DNA of 35,063 nucleotides from Octopus bimaculoides (Eukaryota): NCBI RefSeq assembly GCF_001194135.2, contig NC_068982.1, positions 135,817,219 to 135,852,281 of the forward strand, read 5' to 3'. Shown piece by piece: positions 23,160 to 35,063 of this stretch (position 1 is its first letter; each line of letters starts with the position of its first letter). The notes under the pieces were generated by a model. It saw only the letters and a program-made list of their open reading frames with translations, ran no database searches and was not told where the DNA came from. The position numbers and the translations under genes were made by a program.

Positions 23160-24745
23160 ATTATTATAGTATGAAAACTCACAGCTCATTTTCCTGGGTA
23201 TGATGGAAATTGCCAGCTGCCCACAGCCAGCAGACTAAGGTGACAGGTGTTTAGTAGCCATGCTTCAAGAACCCTGCGAAGAATTCTTGCAGTTCCAAGC
23301 AATGCTCATTCTTGTTGGTATTCTACTTCTACACTTGCACCCTCTTTTTCAGCCATGTTGGTAGTTGAGTGCTGATACTTCCAAGTACACCAATTACTAT
23401 TGGTATCACGTCTGCTCTGTTTAATACGACAACCTCCGTATTTCCCACTTCAAATCGTTATAGTTGTTTTATTTTTTCTTCATCTTTCACACTGATCCTG
23501 TTGTCACCGGGGTATGCTGTGTCGATTATCATACATCTTTCTTTTTCATTCATCACAACAATGTCCAGTTTTCGATGTCTGCTCGGGTGATTACAGTGGA
23601 TCATTGCATTCCACAGGGTTTTGCAATTCTCATTTTCGGTGACCCCTTCTGGAGTTTTCTCATACCACGCCTTTACACTTTGTAGGCTGTGATTTACACA
23701 GAGCCCTCAATGGATCATTCTTGCCACATTGTCATGGCGTCTTTTGTATTCGCGTTGTGTCAATTTCGGGCATTCACTAACGATGTGCCATACCGTTTCA
23801 CCCCACTCACCACATATTCTGCATATGTCGCTACTAGTAGTGTTGTCTATTCTACAATTCAAATATTTGGTCCATAACACTTATTCCTGAGCTGCGCAAG
23901 TGAGTGCTTCTTCTGTCTCTATCTTCTTCAGGTCACTCTTTCTCAGCCATAGCCACCGGTCCTTCGTATCTGGGTTGGCGTTCATATCTCTTGCAAACTA
24001 AACATACATTTTCATTTCCTCCCGTGCTTTGCCTATTTTTTGGTTCGTATCATCTTAAAATTTTTCTTTGGTTACACAATTTTCAGTTTTGATGACTCCG
24101 GCCTTTTTCATATATTTCAACAGTGGCTCCACAACATTTTTTATATACCTCCCTAGGTTGTTTTCATCTGCTCTGATACAGTCCTGGCAAATAATAAAAC
24201 CTCTCCCATCATTTCGTCTGGACAAGTACAGCCTATCGGCGTCACTCATTTGATGGAAAGCTCCGTGTACTGTCAATATTTTTCTGCTCTTGGTCTCCAT
24301 TTTTTCCCACCACTCGCTTTTGCCATTTTATCACTCCCGCTCCATTCCCACTTTCCCCCACTTATTAAATGCTTGGATTTTATTCCATCCAATGAATTTT
24401 AAGAGCAACACCAACGCTAGTCTTCGGAAATACTCCATCCTCAATTGCTCATTCATTTTTTTTTCCCATTACCTTGTTGAACTCTAGTACACCAAGTTAT
24501 TTCTAGCCTTCCGTTTCAATTTCCTTGAGTCTCTGTTCGGTAATTCTATCCCTGCTAGAGACTGTGCCTTGCCTATTTGTAGGTAGATATTCTGCACTTC
24601 TTCAGTCCAAATTCCATTCTTATATCAGTACTGAAACAGTGAACCGTGTTCACCAAGGAACTCCCTTGTGTCTCATCTTTGCCATACAGTTTGAAATCAT
24701 GCATGAAGATGTGGTGATTGATTGTTTGGGATTTTTCCTTTATTA
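23160..24745 (-). mobile_element. R4/Dong-type retrotransposon fragment from the RT catalytic motif to the 3' end
   Basis: INHHIFMHDFKLYGKDE (degenerate FMDDLKLY motif), MEFGLKKC, HQMSDADRLYLSRRNDGRG, CRICGEWGETVWHIVSEC (CCHC finger), RRHDNV and IIDTAYPGD. Flanked by TAA tracts on both sides. Confidence 0.92.
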
Positions 24746-24772
24746 TTTTTGTTGTTGTTATTATTATTATTA

Positions 24773-24840
<68 letters not shown>

Positions 24841-24852
24841 GTTATTATTATT
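24738..24852. repeat. (TTA)n microsatellite between two stacked retrotransposons
   Basis: Direct reading. Confidence 0.97.
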
Positions 24853-26283
24853 CCCTCGTAACACAGTGTAAGTAAAAATGCATCGGAGTCTTCAGTCATC
24901 TGTCAAGTCACAACAAGGCCACCAGACAGATAATACTTTCCTGAAGATGTGCGCTGTTCCCAATAAAGCTGCTTTTTGCAAGACATCAATCTTGCATGGG
25001 ATTTCCAGTTTCCTTAAGAAGTTTTGAAGTTTCAATGGAATTGAGTCCAACGCTCCGATCACCACTGGTATGACTTTTACGTTACCCTCTCGCATTCCAT
25101 GTTGTCTTTCCATTCCCACTTTGGTTTCGGAGTACTTGGTGATTTTTTCAGCTTCTTTACTAAACACGTTCATGTCATTTGGTATTGCTACATCAATGAT
25201 ATGACAGTATTTGTCTCTCTTATTCAATATGATAATATCCGGCCGACGGTGTTCCATTACACGATCCGTCTGAAAATCATAGTCCCAGAGTATCGTTAAT
25301 TTCCATCCTCCTGCATAACTTTACTTGGTACATGCTCGTACCAGTTCTCTTACCTCATATTGGTATTTACGGCATAAAAGCCAATGAAGATGCACACGCA
25401 CTTTATCGTGGAGGCGCTTATATGCTTTTTGTGCAAGGTTCTCACATCCACTTATCAAGTGGGTCGCATTTTCCACACTCTTTCTACAGAGTCTGCATTT
25501 ATGGGTGTCAGAAGTTTTATAGATGTTATACCTCACTGAATTGATAGTGAGAGCCTAGTCTTGTGCAGCAATGATCAAGCTTTCGGTGGTACGCTTCAAA
25601 TCACCTCGCTCAAGCCATGCTCATGATGCTGTATTATCCTTAACGTCCTGCGTATTCCTTTCAAACTGTCTATGCGTTCTCATTTCAGGGTTTTCTTTTC
25701 TCTTCTCCTCAGCTCTGTGGTTAAACCCTTCCTTGCCCATCATTTCATCTGCATTTACATACATATCTTTGGCGTCATAGTTGAGCAGGTCTACATCACT
25801 ATTTATCAAATACTCGGCAAGCGTTCTCTTTCACTCCTTCTACAATGGTCTATACGAATTAGTCCTCTGCTGCCATTCTTTCTTTTGATATACAACTTGT
25901 TTACGTTTGCTTTAGGGTGTAGCGCCCCATGTAGCGTCATTAACTTTCTCGTCCTTCTATCTAGTGTTGATATTTCGTCCTTACTCCATTTGAGGGTGGT
26001 TGCACTATGTCTCTGATCGCCGCAACTGCCCAGATATTCATTGCGGTAATCAGATTTTTGGCATCCAGATTGAATTTCAACACCTTCTTCACCTGTTTTT
26101 GATACGCCTCGCTGACCTTCATATCCATTTCTCTGTGTAGAATGTCATCCACCTCTAAAATCCCTAAATATCTATACCCACTACCGTCGGGTTCAGCCAT
26201 GATCTCTCCAGCTGATAACCGCAATCCTCTACAGGCTGCTTTCTTCCCTCTTTTGATATTAAGTACTGAGTATTTACTAATCA
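24853..26283 (-). mobile_element. R4/Dong-type retrotransposon fragment (RT thumb to 3' end), head-to-tail with the previous copy
   Basis: GYRYLGILEVDDI, NLITAMNIWAVA, CRLCRKSVENATHLISGC, RLHDKV, HRRPDIIILNK..IIDVAIPND and LQKAALLGTAHIFRKVL. Confidence 0.92.
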
Positions 26284-26489
26284 TTTATTATTATTATTCC
26301 TACTATTATTATTAATTTCGCTGAGTTCGTACTTATTCCTTATGTGGGTAGCGGGTTACTTTAAGTATCCACAAACTTACAATAGCCTTTTCAGTGCGTA
26401 AGGCACTCCCGATAATCTTTCCTGTCCCTAATAATCACACTTTCTGTAGAAGCTCTACAAAACATTCTATTTCAATCTTTTTCAATCAT

Positions 26490-26669
26490 TTATGATAAGG
26501 GTACACCAGGCACAGACATCACAAGCAAATGTGCGCGACATGGTGATCTTACATCAAGGTGCATGACCATGCAGGTGAGGTCCAGTTAGAATTTTGTTCA
26601 GGCTGAGTAGTTCACCACGTACAAAAGATCAGAAACCATGAGAGCCACTGCCTGGTACTGCATCCGGGC

Positions 26670-26672
<3 letters not shown>
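26490..26672 (+). repeat. Family C repeat, internally deleted
   Basis: tgataagggtacaccaggcac..gcgcgacatggtgatct.. joined to ..aagatcaga..catgagagccactgcctggtactgcatc. Confidence 0.85.
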
Positions 26673-26735
<63 letters not shown>

Positions 26736-27039
26736 ATTTCATTGTACTGCAAGGATAAAAAATACAGATTTTGTTGTTATTTCTCTTTATGCGAAACCTT
26801 AACTAAAGGCTTTAATCGAAGTCTCATGAGAAGAATATGAGTTGTTCCCATGAGGATGGTTTTTTTGAGCACCTATGAGTTTGTCTTCATGTTCATCCGT
26901 TCGAGGCGGGGCGAAAGTTTTGAGGGATTGAACTTAGTGATAAACGTTACTACTTTCACCTTTGCTGCTTAGAATCCATGAGAGCCACTGNNNNNNNNNN
27001 ATGAACTATGAATCTAAAGATGGACGAAATGCATACAAG

Positions 27040-27081
27040 CATTTTTGCCCGGCGTGCTAACAATTCTGCCAGTTCGCCAAC

Positions 27082-27085
<4 letters not shown>
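27040..27085 (-). mobile_element. Family A SINE head fragment
   Basis: Minus strand reads aagttggcgaactggcagaattgttagcacgccgggcaaaaatgc. Confidence 0.75.
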
Positions 27086-27123
<38 letters not shown>

Positions 27124-27127
<4 letters not shown>

Positions 27128-27680
27128 ACATCATTCTGAGCCAGTCGTTGAAGGTAAAAATGTCACTATCCTCTAGGATTTTCAAGTCTGACAGACGATC
27201 CATGCTAATCGACCAGACATAATTATTAAAGACGAAGAAGAAAATACTTTTAGACTAATAGTTGTAAGTTTTCCAACTGATAAAAATATATCTGTCATAG
27301 AATTTGACAAGCTAAGTAAATATAAGGACCTGGAAATTGAAATAAAAAAGATGTGGCATCTTAAAGCGAGAACTGTTCCTGTTATGGTAGGTGACCTACG
27401 TATGTTATAAAAAGGATGTCTGAAATATCTCGATATGGTCGCACGAGAACCATGTCTCAGAGGAATCCAATAGATTCTACTGACAAGAGCTGCCCAAATC
27501 CTTTAAAAATCCCTATCCATTTAAAGGTATGTGTTGTATTACATGACGATGTTTCGCTACTTCGTCTCCCCAAGCTTTCAGTCATAATGTAACATCTCTT
27601 ATCCTTCACTCGCCCCAGGACGCTGGATGTGTCTCGGCAAGTGACCGGAACAAACATGCAGATTAAAAGTAAAACATTGA
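27124..27680 (+). mobile_element. R4/Dong-type retrotransposon 3' fragment (RLE)
   Basis: + strand: EHHSEPVVEGKNVTIL..HANRPDIIIKD..FDKLSKYKDLEIEIKKMWHLK. TAA tracts on both sides. Confidence 0.85.
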
Positions 27681-27682
27681 TG

Positions 27683-27733
<51 letters not shown>

Positions 27734-27734
27734 T

Positions 27735-28168
27735 CAACACTAGACTTTAGCATTCAGACGGACTGAGTAATAGAAACTAGAAGGTTTCATTTAATAGAAC
27801 TGAATGTGCCAGATAATTGACGTTTCAGTCCCAAATGATGAGAAATTAAATATGAGAGCTATAGAAAGGTATAGGATTTTGTTACAGAGACTACGGGAAC
27901 TGTGGAAACTGCATTGTGTTACAGAGATTAAGGGAACTGCAGGTAAAATGTATCCCTGTAGTCATAGGTGCATTAAGAACTATTCTTAAAGGTTTAACAG
28001 ACGGATAGAGGGGATACGCATAAAACTTAGTTTAATACAACTCCAGAAAAAGTGTTATTGGGGACAGCTAGAATACTTGGAGGGTTCTTGATATCTAAGC
28101 TTATTTGCTGTTGCCCGATGTTAAGAATTCTTCTTTTTCAACAGTTTAATCTGTTGTGCGTATATGGA
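27735..28168 (+). mobile_element. R4/Dong-type retrotransposon 3' fragment (RLE), different family
   Basis: CQIIDVSVPNDEKLN.. and ..CIPVVIGALRTI..; bounded by TAA tracts. Confidence 0.75.
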
Positions 28169-28191
28169 ATAATAATAATAATAATAATAAT

Positions 28192-28605
28192 CGGAGAATA
28201 GACCGGACCTAGCAGTGGGGGACAAGCTGAATCACATATGCTATATAATTGATGTTGCATGCCCCTTTGACCCACGAATATTCAAGAAGGAAGGCGAAAA
28301 GTTAGTTAGTTAGATACACCCTCTTAAGTACGAAATAGGCTATGGAAAATGAAGAAAGTGGAGATAGTGCCAACTGTTGTTGGGTCCTTAGGGACAGTAT
28401 CAGAAGGTATCAAGAGGAATATAAAGGAACTTGGAATAGAGTGTCCAGTAGAACTGTTACAAGAGGTTTGCCTCTTTGCTATGGCCAGAAGAATCAGGAA
28501 AGTATTAGTTAGCAGAAAAAAACGAATAGCATGGCTGCAGGTAGTAAGCCTGCTACGCATGCAAGACTCCAGGAGCTCCAACAAAACCTGTGATAAAGAG
28601 AAAAT
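28192..28605 (+). mobile_element. R4/Dong-type retrotransposon 3' fragment, same family as 15812-16895
   Basis: ENRPDLAVGDKLNHICYIIDVACPFDPRIFKKEGEK..KVEIVPTVVGSLGTVSEG..VELLQEVCL..RIRKVL; the DNA is the reverse-complement homologue of 15815-16210. Confidence 0.9.
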
Positions 28606-28704
28606 AATAATAATGATAATAATAAAGATTTTCTTATTATCATTATCATTATCATCGTTTTCGTCGCATAATTGTTATTACATCGAACAAAATGCTTGGC
28701 TGCT

Positions 28705-29920
28705 TTTCTTCCGGCTTTATGTCTTTAATTCAAGTTCCACAAACGCGTTTCATCCTTTCAGGATAGATAAAATAAATACTATTTAAGGTGATGGGGTCAA
28801 TGTAATTGACTTCCCCTGCCATCAAAACTGTTGAGCTTGTGCCAAAGTTAGAAAGGCTTAATGTTAATGCTAATGTTGTGGTTGATTAGACGGTCAGCTG
28901 GTAGAATCTTTAGCACGCCGGATAAAATACTTTGTAGGATTTTGTCGGTGCTACATTCTGAGTTCAAATTCCTTCGAGATCTACTTTATTTTTCCTTCTT
29001 TGGAGTCGATAAAATGAGTACCAGTTGAGCAGTGGGGTCGATGTAGTTGACGTTACCCCTCCTCTAAAATTGCTGGCCTTGTGTCAAAATTTGAAACTGT
29101 TATTATTGCGGTTTTTCTTTATGGAAAATTTACATTGAAGTTTGTGATTTTAAATTGCGACTAGACCGACTTTGGTTTTCACCTCTTAGTAGTCGGTAAG
29201 ATGAAGTGCTCATCAACAACTGAAGTCTGGTTAATCGCCTAATAACTTCTTTCAAGTTTCTACCTTTGTACTAATGTAAGATATAGTTTTAGCAATGGAT
29301 TAATAGAATCATAAGAATAATGCCTTGTAATATTTGTTCCGGTTCTTCACGTCCTGATTTCAAATCGTACTGAGGTAAATCTTACATTTCATTCACACGG
29401 AATTAGTTAAATGAAGTTTGGATGCAGTACCGTCAATTAACACTTCCATCAAAAATAGCTGGTAGACTTGGGCCCAAGTCAGAAAAATCTTTTTTCAGGC
29501 AGTGGATTGGGAATGTCATAAGAGCGTCAGACAATGTGTTACGTTATTTCTGACATCGTTTTACGATTTCAATTCAAATTCCGTAGATATCAAATATATT
29601 TTCAGTCACTCTGGTCTCGATAAAATAAAGTGGTAGTCAAATAAATGGTTCAGTGTAATCAAGTAAGCTCCGCACAAAGTTGCTAGCCTTTAGTCTAAAT
29701 TAAGAATGAGGTGCTGTGGTTTCGGTAGAATCGCTGAAGCGTCGTAGAAAATTGCTTGCAACATTCGTTCCAGCAGGTAAAATTTTAAGTTCAATTCTCA
29801 ACGTGTCAGCTTGCTTTTCATTCCTCAGAGGTCAATAAAATAATGTATAAGTCAAATCCTGTTTCGATGTAATCGGCTAACACCCGCCGTCCAGCTTCTT
29901 GGTTTTATTCCTAAATTTGT
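28705..29920 (+). mobile_element. Array of about 5-6 head-to-tail family A SINE copies of differing decay
   Basis: Recurrent ttcaaat(t)c..ttt(c)at..tcgataaaat..gtacca..gtcgatgta..ttgtg..aaa core near 28740, 28960, 29160, 29350, 29570 and 29790. The copy at 28888-29100 is best preserved. Confidence 0.7.
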
Positions 29921-30019
29921 GAGACGTAATGAATCAGCACATTCGCTTGAGAGTCAGATAATATACCGGCTCGTTGCTTCTTTGCGTCTTCAAATAAAGT
30001 ACCAGCTGCCGGATTAGAG

Positions 30020-30395
30020 TACATGAGGTACATGCATATCAATCATATGTGTGCGACATGGTGACCTCATATCAAGACAGAAAGTGCATGACCTTGCGGT
30101 TGTGGATCAGTTACAAGTTCTTTTGCACGTCGAATATCCTATCCTGTTCAAAAGGTCCCTGAATAAAGGTTGTTTAAGTATGACGAACGAAACATACATG
30201 TTTCCAGAGGTGAATTATTCAAATCCCAACGACTCCCTCTCAACACATGTCTATGATGTTTCTCCTCTACTTCTGCACGTGATCAGAGATGCACGTATCG
30301 TCAGCCACTAAGGGACACGCTCAGGTTAAGGTCAAACAAATCACAAGAAAATCTGTGGTATTGAGCAGAATATTTGCTGTAGACCATCTTTGTAC
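30020..30395 (+). repeat. Family C repeat, central and 3' part
   Basis: catatgtgtgcgacatggtgacctcatatcaaga..gtccctgaataaaggttgtttaag..gagcagaatatttgctgtagaccatct. Confidence 0.85.
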
Positions 30396-30789
30396 GGAGA
30401 CTAAATCATATCTGAGTTTATTTTAGAAACTTTAATCCTAGTCGACTGGAGTTTGCACGAAAAAGATGCATATCTTAGCTCCACAGGAATTTCTATTTGG
30501 TTGTTCTTTGTGCTCAGTGAATGCCCCTATCTATGAAGAATATTTATATTCTTTTAATATGGGATTTCTATTACTTTCTATATATATGAAATTCTTTTTG
30601 ATGACCTTTTTTTATCTTATTGTATTGGAAGGTTGTCTCCATTTCGTTGTGCCGTGCCTCTTTTGTGGTTTCGCTTCATAATTATTAGTATTTATTCTAA
30701 ATGATAAGGATTTTAAACGTATAAATTATTTAAACTTCTATGACATTTGTCGTCTGAACTGATTTCCAGTTGTCGTACTTGCAGTGTTT

Positions 30790-30890
30790 TTCTACTTGCA
30801 TTATCTATCGAATTTAAATTTCCCAATTTATCGATTCTTATATTATGAAAGGCAAAGTCTATATCGACTGCATTGGTACACAGAACTTGA
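30790..30890 (-). mobile_element. Degraded family A SINE core
   Basis: Minus strand gttctgtgtaccaatgcagtcgatatagactttgcctttcataatataagaatcgataaatt matches the core gactttgcctttcat..tcgataaatt. Confidence 0.55.
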
Positions 30891-33383
30891 AAGTTCATAA
30901 CTAAATACACCACGTATTTTGTTGAATACTGTGCAAATTCTGGCATCTAATAGCTCAATGTAGTGAAATATATTTCATTATACAAAAGAAATTTCTGTTC
31001 GATTTAATTGAGAATTCAGTTAGAACAGAGGGGATCAAATGGCATACCTGAATACTCATCACTCAGAAATATTAAGCCAGATATCTCTCTCAAATTATCC
31101 ATAGTATAACGAGGTATATAAAGTAATGGCCATTTGATGTATGTAGTACGTTTGTCACAAAACAAAACTGCGTACTTATTCTCTGCATATAATGATTCAA
31201 GTAATATTTCATCTAAACCATTTTTCAAATAATATTTGAATTGATGTTAGCTTAACCAATGTTGTGGGTGATTCTTCCATGGAATTAAACATCATTATGT
31301 GATTTAAGGATGATTTGACTTTTATTTTTGGTTGGTCGCGTTGCCTGAAAAACATTCTTTTCGTTCATTCCCTTTCGAGGAATTAATTGGGATTCAAGTG
31401 ACTTATAGTATAAATGTTACATTTCTCAATGATATTTTGCCATGTTGAATTAAAGAATATGGTTTCATGAATTAGCCTTTATAACAAGTTTCAGCTATTT
31501 GATCATGCATTGTCGTTAGGTTGGAATTGATATCAGGATTCTTTCGTCTCTATCCTTAAATATTAGTTTTTACTCGAGTTGTGTAAAGTTATATAGAAAA
31601 CCGTCCTAGACTTGGTTCCCTACATATCGTAGTGAAGAAAAGCTCTATCGTGGAGATAGGTGCATTTATATGATAAATATTGAATATTGTTATTCAAAAA
31701 CTGATTTAAAGTAAAACGAGATAATTCTTTTGTCTATTTTTATAGAATTATATTAGAAATACACGGCAAGCTGCATTTTAATAATTTAAATTTCTCGTTT
31801 GTTTATTATTTTTGTATGTATTAGCTTCTATTTTAATATATACACAAGTCGTATAGTTTAAGAGAAATAAGCTTTCGTCTCATTTGTCTATGTTAAAGCT
31901 ATTTGCAACGCAAGTAAAATTAACTTGTGTCAAAAGTCAAAATCAATTGTGGTCTCCAGCCGGCAGTTTTTTAGTGCTTGTTATATTTTAGAACTATATA
32001 GTATTTAGTTTGAGGTCAAAGGTCAATTTCGTGTAGGAAAGAAAATAATAATATTCAAATGTCGTCTTGGAAGATTGTATTTAAAGTGGTAAGAGTTATT
32101 ACATCACGAAAATGTGTGATTACCATGGATGTGACGAACGACCAGCCCATCCCCACCTGCAATAGAAAGATATTAGCCACTTGGTCAGGATGAAAACAAC
32201 AGGTGAAGCGTAAGACGAATGAAAAAAATGGGGATATAGAAAATAGCAAAAGGAACATTGCACATATGTATTTATAATCGAGAAAATGGAAATTACATAA
32301 AGCAACTTGAAACAAAAATACAATAACAAATATATATTTATTTTTTTCTAAGCACAAGACCAAATAAATATATATCAATATGGATCATAGAAAGCATTTA
32401 TCGAATCTGTAGAAAGAAATAATAATTGTCTCCTGCACAAATGGAACAAAGAATTGCGAACTTATATTTATGAAGACCGATATACTCTTGGCTTCTATCT
32501 GTTGTAAGCTTCTGTATTTTATCATCACATGTGTAGTGTGATGTCTTTTTTAGCAGAAATTGAAATCTCGCCATTAAGTTACTCATTGGGAGGTTACTTC
32601 TATTCTATATCTTTCTACATGTTATTAATCTTTTGCTTAGAAGGAAAAGAAATGTTTAGTGAGAAGAAATGTGATGATAACGTTAACTCATCTCTCAAGG
32701 TTATTAGGAACGTACGTAAATTGAATTGCTTCTAACTCGGATGCCGATTCGTCCGGAGCCTATTCCGTGCTTAACGATGCTTGCTAAAATGGCATCAAAA
32801 TTTCTCTTGGATTTCAAAATGTTGTTCCAGCTCGTTTCCCTAATATGTTATGACTATAAATCGACATTTGGATTTAGAGAACAGCTTGTGTATTTCAAGA
32901 AAAATCATTAAACTTTCACCAACGTAGGCATAAATAGTAAGTAAATATCGCATGCAATTTACTTTACAATTGTAGTTCGTGGATTGTATGGGAAATTTAA
33001 ATGAGTATCTTGAATACACCTCTAGATGTAATTGCATATCAATAAAGAGACAAGTTTATGGCAGTGTTACTAAAATGTTGGTTTCATTGAAAAAGAATGA
33101 GTTTCAATTCTGCCACAGGTGACAGATTGTGGTCTAGGCAACGAACGTAATCATTTCACCAATCTTGTTTTCCTTTACGCAGTAAGACATACATTTTGTC
33201 CATTACGAAATACTATTTTCATTGAACTAGTACAAGGAAACATACGTTTAGATAATGAAACCAGTTTATATAATAATGATTGGTAGAATTGAAATAAGTT
33301 GTAAATATCCATTCATTCAGTTTGGTTTGAATGAGAGAATTGTTGGTAGTGAAGCTGTGTTAGTATCTAAGTCATATTTAACT

Positions 33384-33455
<72 letters not shown>

Positions 33456-34099
33456 GAAATACACACTAGGTACAAAAAATGGACGAGGTTTATTTCACAA
33501 TTTTCACTGAAAGATCATTTAATGACGGTCGTTTGTAAATCACTATGTTCACAAGATGTAGCTATAATAAATATCGTGAGCGAAATGAAAATGGCATCCA
33601 ATAAACTTCAACGAATACATTTAGACAAAATGGTAGATTCGGTAGATCTGCACACTTATAAAGATATCAGATATTTACTTTTTTCTTAATTGTACTTTTT
33701 TCCTTATTAGCATAAGAGAATATGTAATTTTCATGTAGACACAAAAAGGATCAGACAAACATACATACATACACACTGACATACACAGACACAAAACATG
33801 CTTGCACAGAAACACACAAACGCATATTTATATGCGCAGTAACATGAAGTACACACTGGCAACTATTTTTTCTAGTTCTGCGAGGAAGTGCCACCCCCAC
33901 ACCATTAGTTGCTAATTTATTTCCCTATAAGTCATCATATAGCACTGTAGTTCATATTTTCAGTCAACTTAAGAAACGCATCCATTAATGGAGTTGTTAC
34001 GAAACAAGCGCCAAGGAGAAGAAAAAGGATAAAGTCATTTGGCGCTGCAATTTTCATCGCTTTATTAATACCTGTTGACTTCGAGATTTCATTACACAC

Positions 34100-34147
34100 C
34101 CCCACACACACAAACACACACACACGCACACAGATATATACACACAG

Positions 34148-34188
<41 letters not shown>

Positions 34189-34615
34189 TACATATATATA
34201 TGTATTTCTGTATGTATATATGTGTGTATGCATCTATGTATAAATGTATATGTATATACAGATATATGTACATATATATAAAAAAAAAAAAAAATCTATA
34301 TCTTACTTAACAGACAGACTGCATGTTAGAATGTAATACAGAGTAAATTAGGGGAAATATACATCAACTTCCCACGGATAGCTATTGATATGGAAAAGCA
34401 TTCCATATCACGCTATTTAGATAATCATACAGGAGCTCATTTAAAAAAATAGCTGTGGCGTGTATAACGCCCACACATGTACACAACCGCGCACAAATAT
34501 ATATATTTAAAGGTATTCAATTATTGGTGTGTATACATGCGTATGCATGTATATATATATATATAAATCTACGTAGAACTATGTGAATACACTCACACAC
34601 ACACACACATATATG

Positions 34616-34680
<65 letters not shown>

Positions 34681-35063
34681 GCATATATATATATATACAT
34701 GTCATAGATAGCATTTTGAATATGATTGTCAAATATAACACTTCCAGATTAAATAATCTACGTCACATAAAAATATTTTTATAAACTTACACAAAATTAT
34801 GTATATTACACACACACACACGCACACACAAACACACACACAGACACACATGTGTACATATATAGCTATATGGTGAATGAATATACAATAGACGTGTATA
34901 CATACAAGATTACATTATATATAAAAATACATATAGATACGTGTGTGTGTATATAAATATGTGTTTGTACATCTGCATATGTATATATATATATATATAT
35001 ACGAATGTCTGTGTGTATATATATATATATATATACGAATGTATATATATATATATATATATA
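34100..35063. repeat. (TA)n/(CA)n/(TG)n-rich low-complexity region
   Basis: Direct reading; similar tracts at 7110-7245, 7680-7940, 8085-8190, 9020-9660, 10730-10860, 11180-11400 and 33385-33452. Confidence 0.92.

Noticed and set aside
24853-26283. Possible intact or active retrotransposon
   Set aside because: Split into several frames by frameshifts and stops and lacks the 5' RT core; the same applies to all R4/Dong copies here.
30713-30946. 77-aa protein-like ORF
   Set aside because: Its core (gactttgcctttcat..tcgataaatt) is a decayed family A SINE.
33255-33689. 144-aa plus ORF
   Set aside because: The middle is (CA)n(TA)n; the C-terminal 78 aa have no recognisable motif or convincing splice pair.

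Overview
AT-rich animal genomic DNA with four N-gaps, a heavy microsatellite load and tRNA-derived SINE families that look like those of octopod cephalopods (taxon is inferred, not proven). About half the window is repeat-derived: nine decayed 5'-truncated R4/Dong-type non-LTR retrotransposon fragments stacked in (TAA)n tracts, about 16 copies of one tRNA-derived SINE, one microsatellite-containing SINE, and six copies of a third interspersed repeat. The one convincing host coding segment is a minus-strand terminal exon (3119-2909). It encodes two tandem C-C-CC-C-C (inhibitor cystine knot / conotoxin framework VI/VII-like) domains with 12 Cys, has a strong splice acceptor and a downstream AATAAA, and is a candidate 'double-knot' secreted peptide. 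Its signal-peptide exon was not identified. Other notable items are a ~240-codon decayed reading frame of unknown origin (17.7-18.4 kb), a perfect 179-bp local copy of part of it inside a neighbouring repeat, a consistent opposite-strand polarity of SINEs and LINEs at TAA tracts, and several weak candidate exons. All work was done by eye: repeat boundaries are approximate (+/-10-30 bp) and no database search was run.
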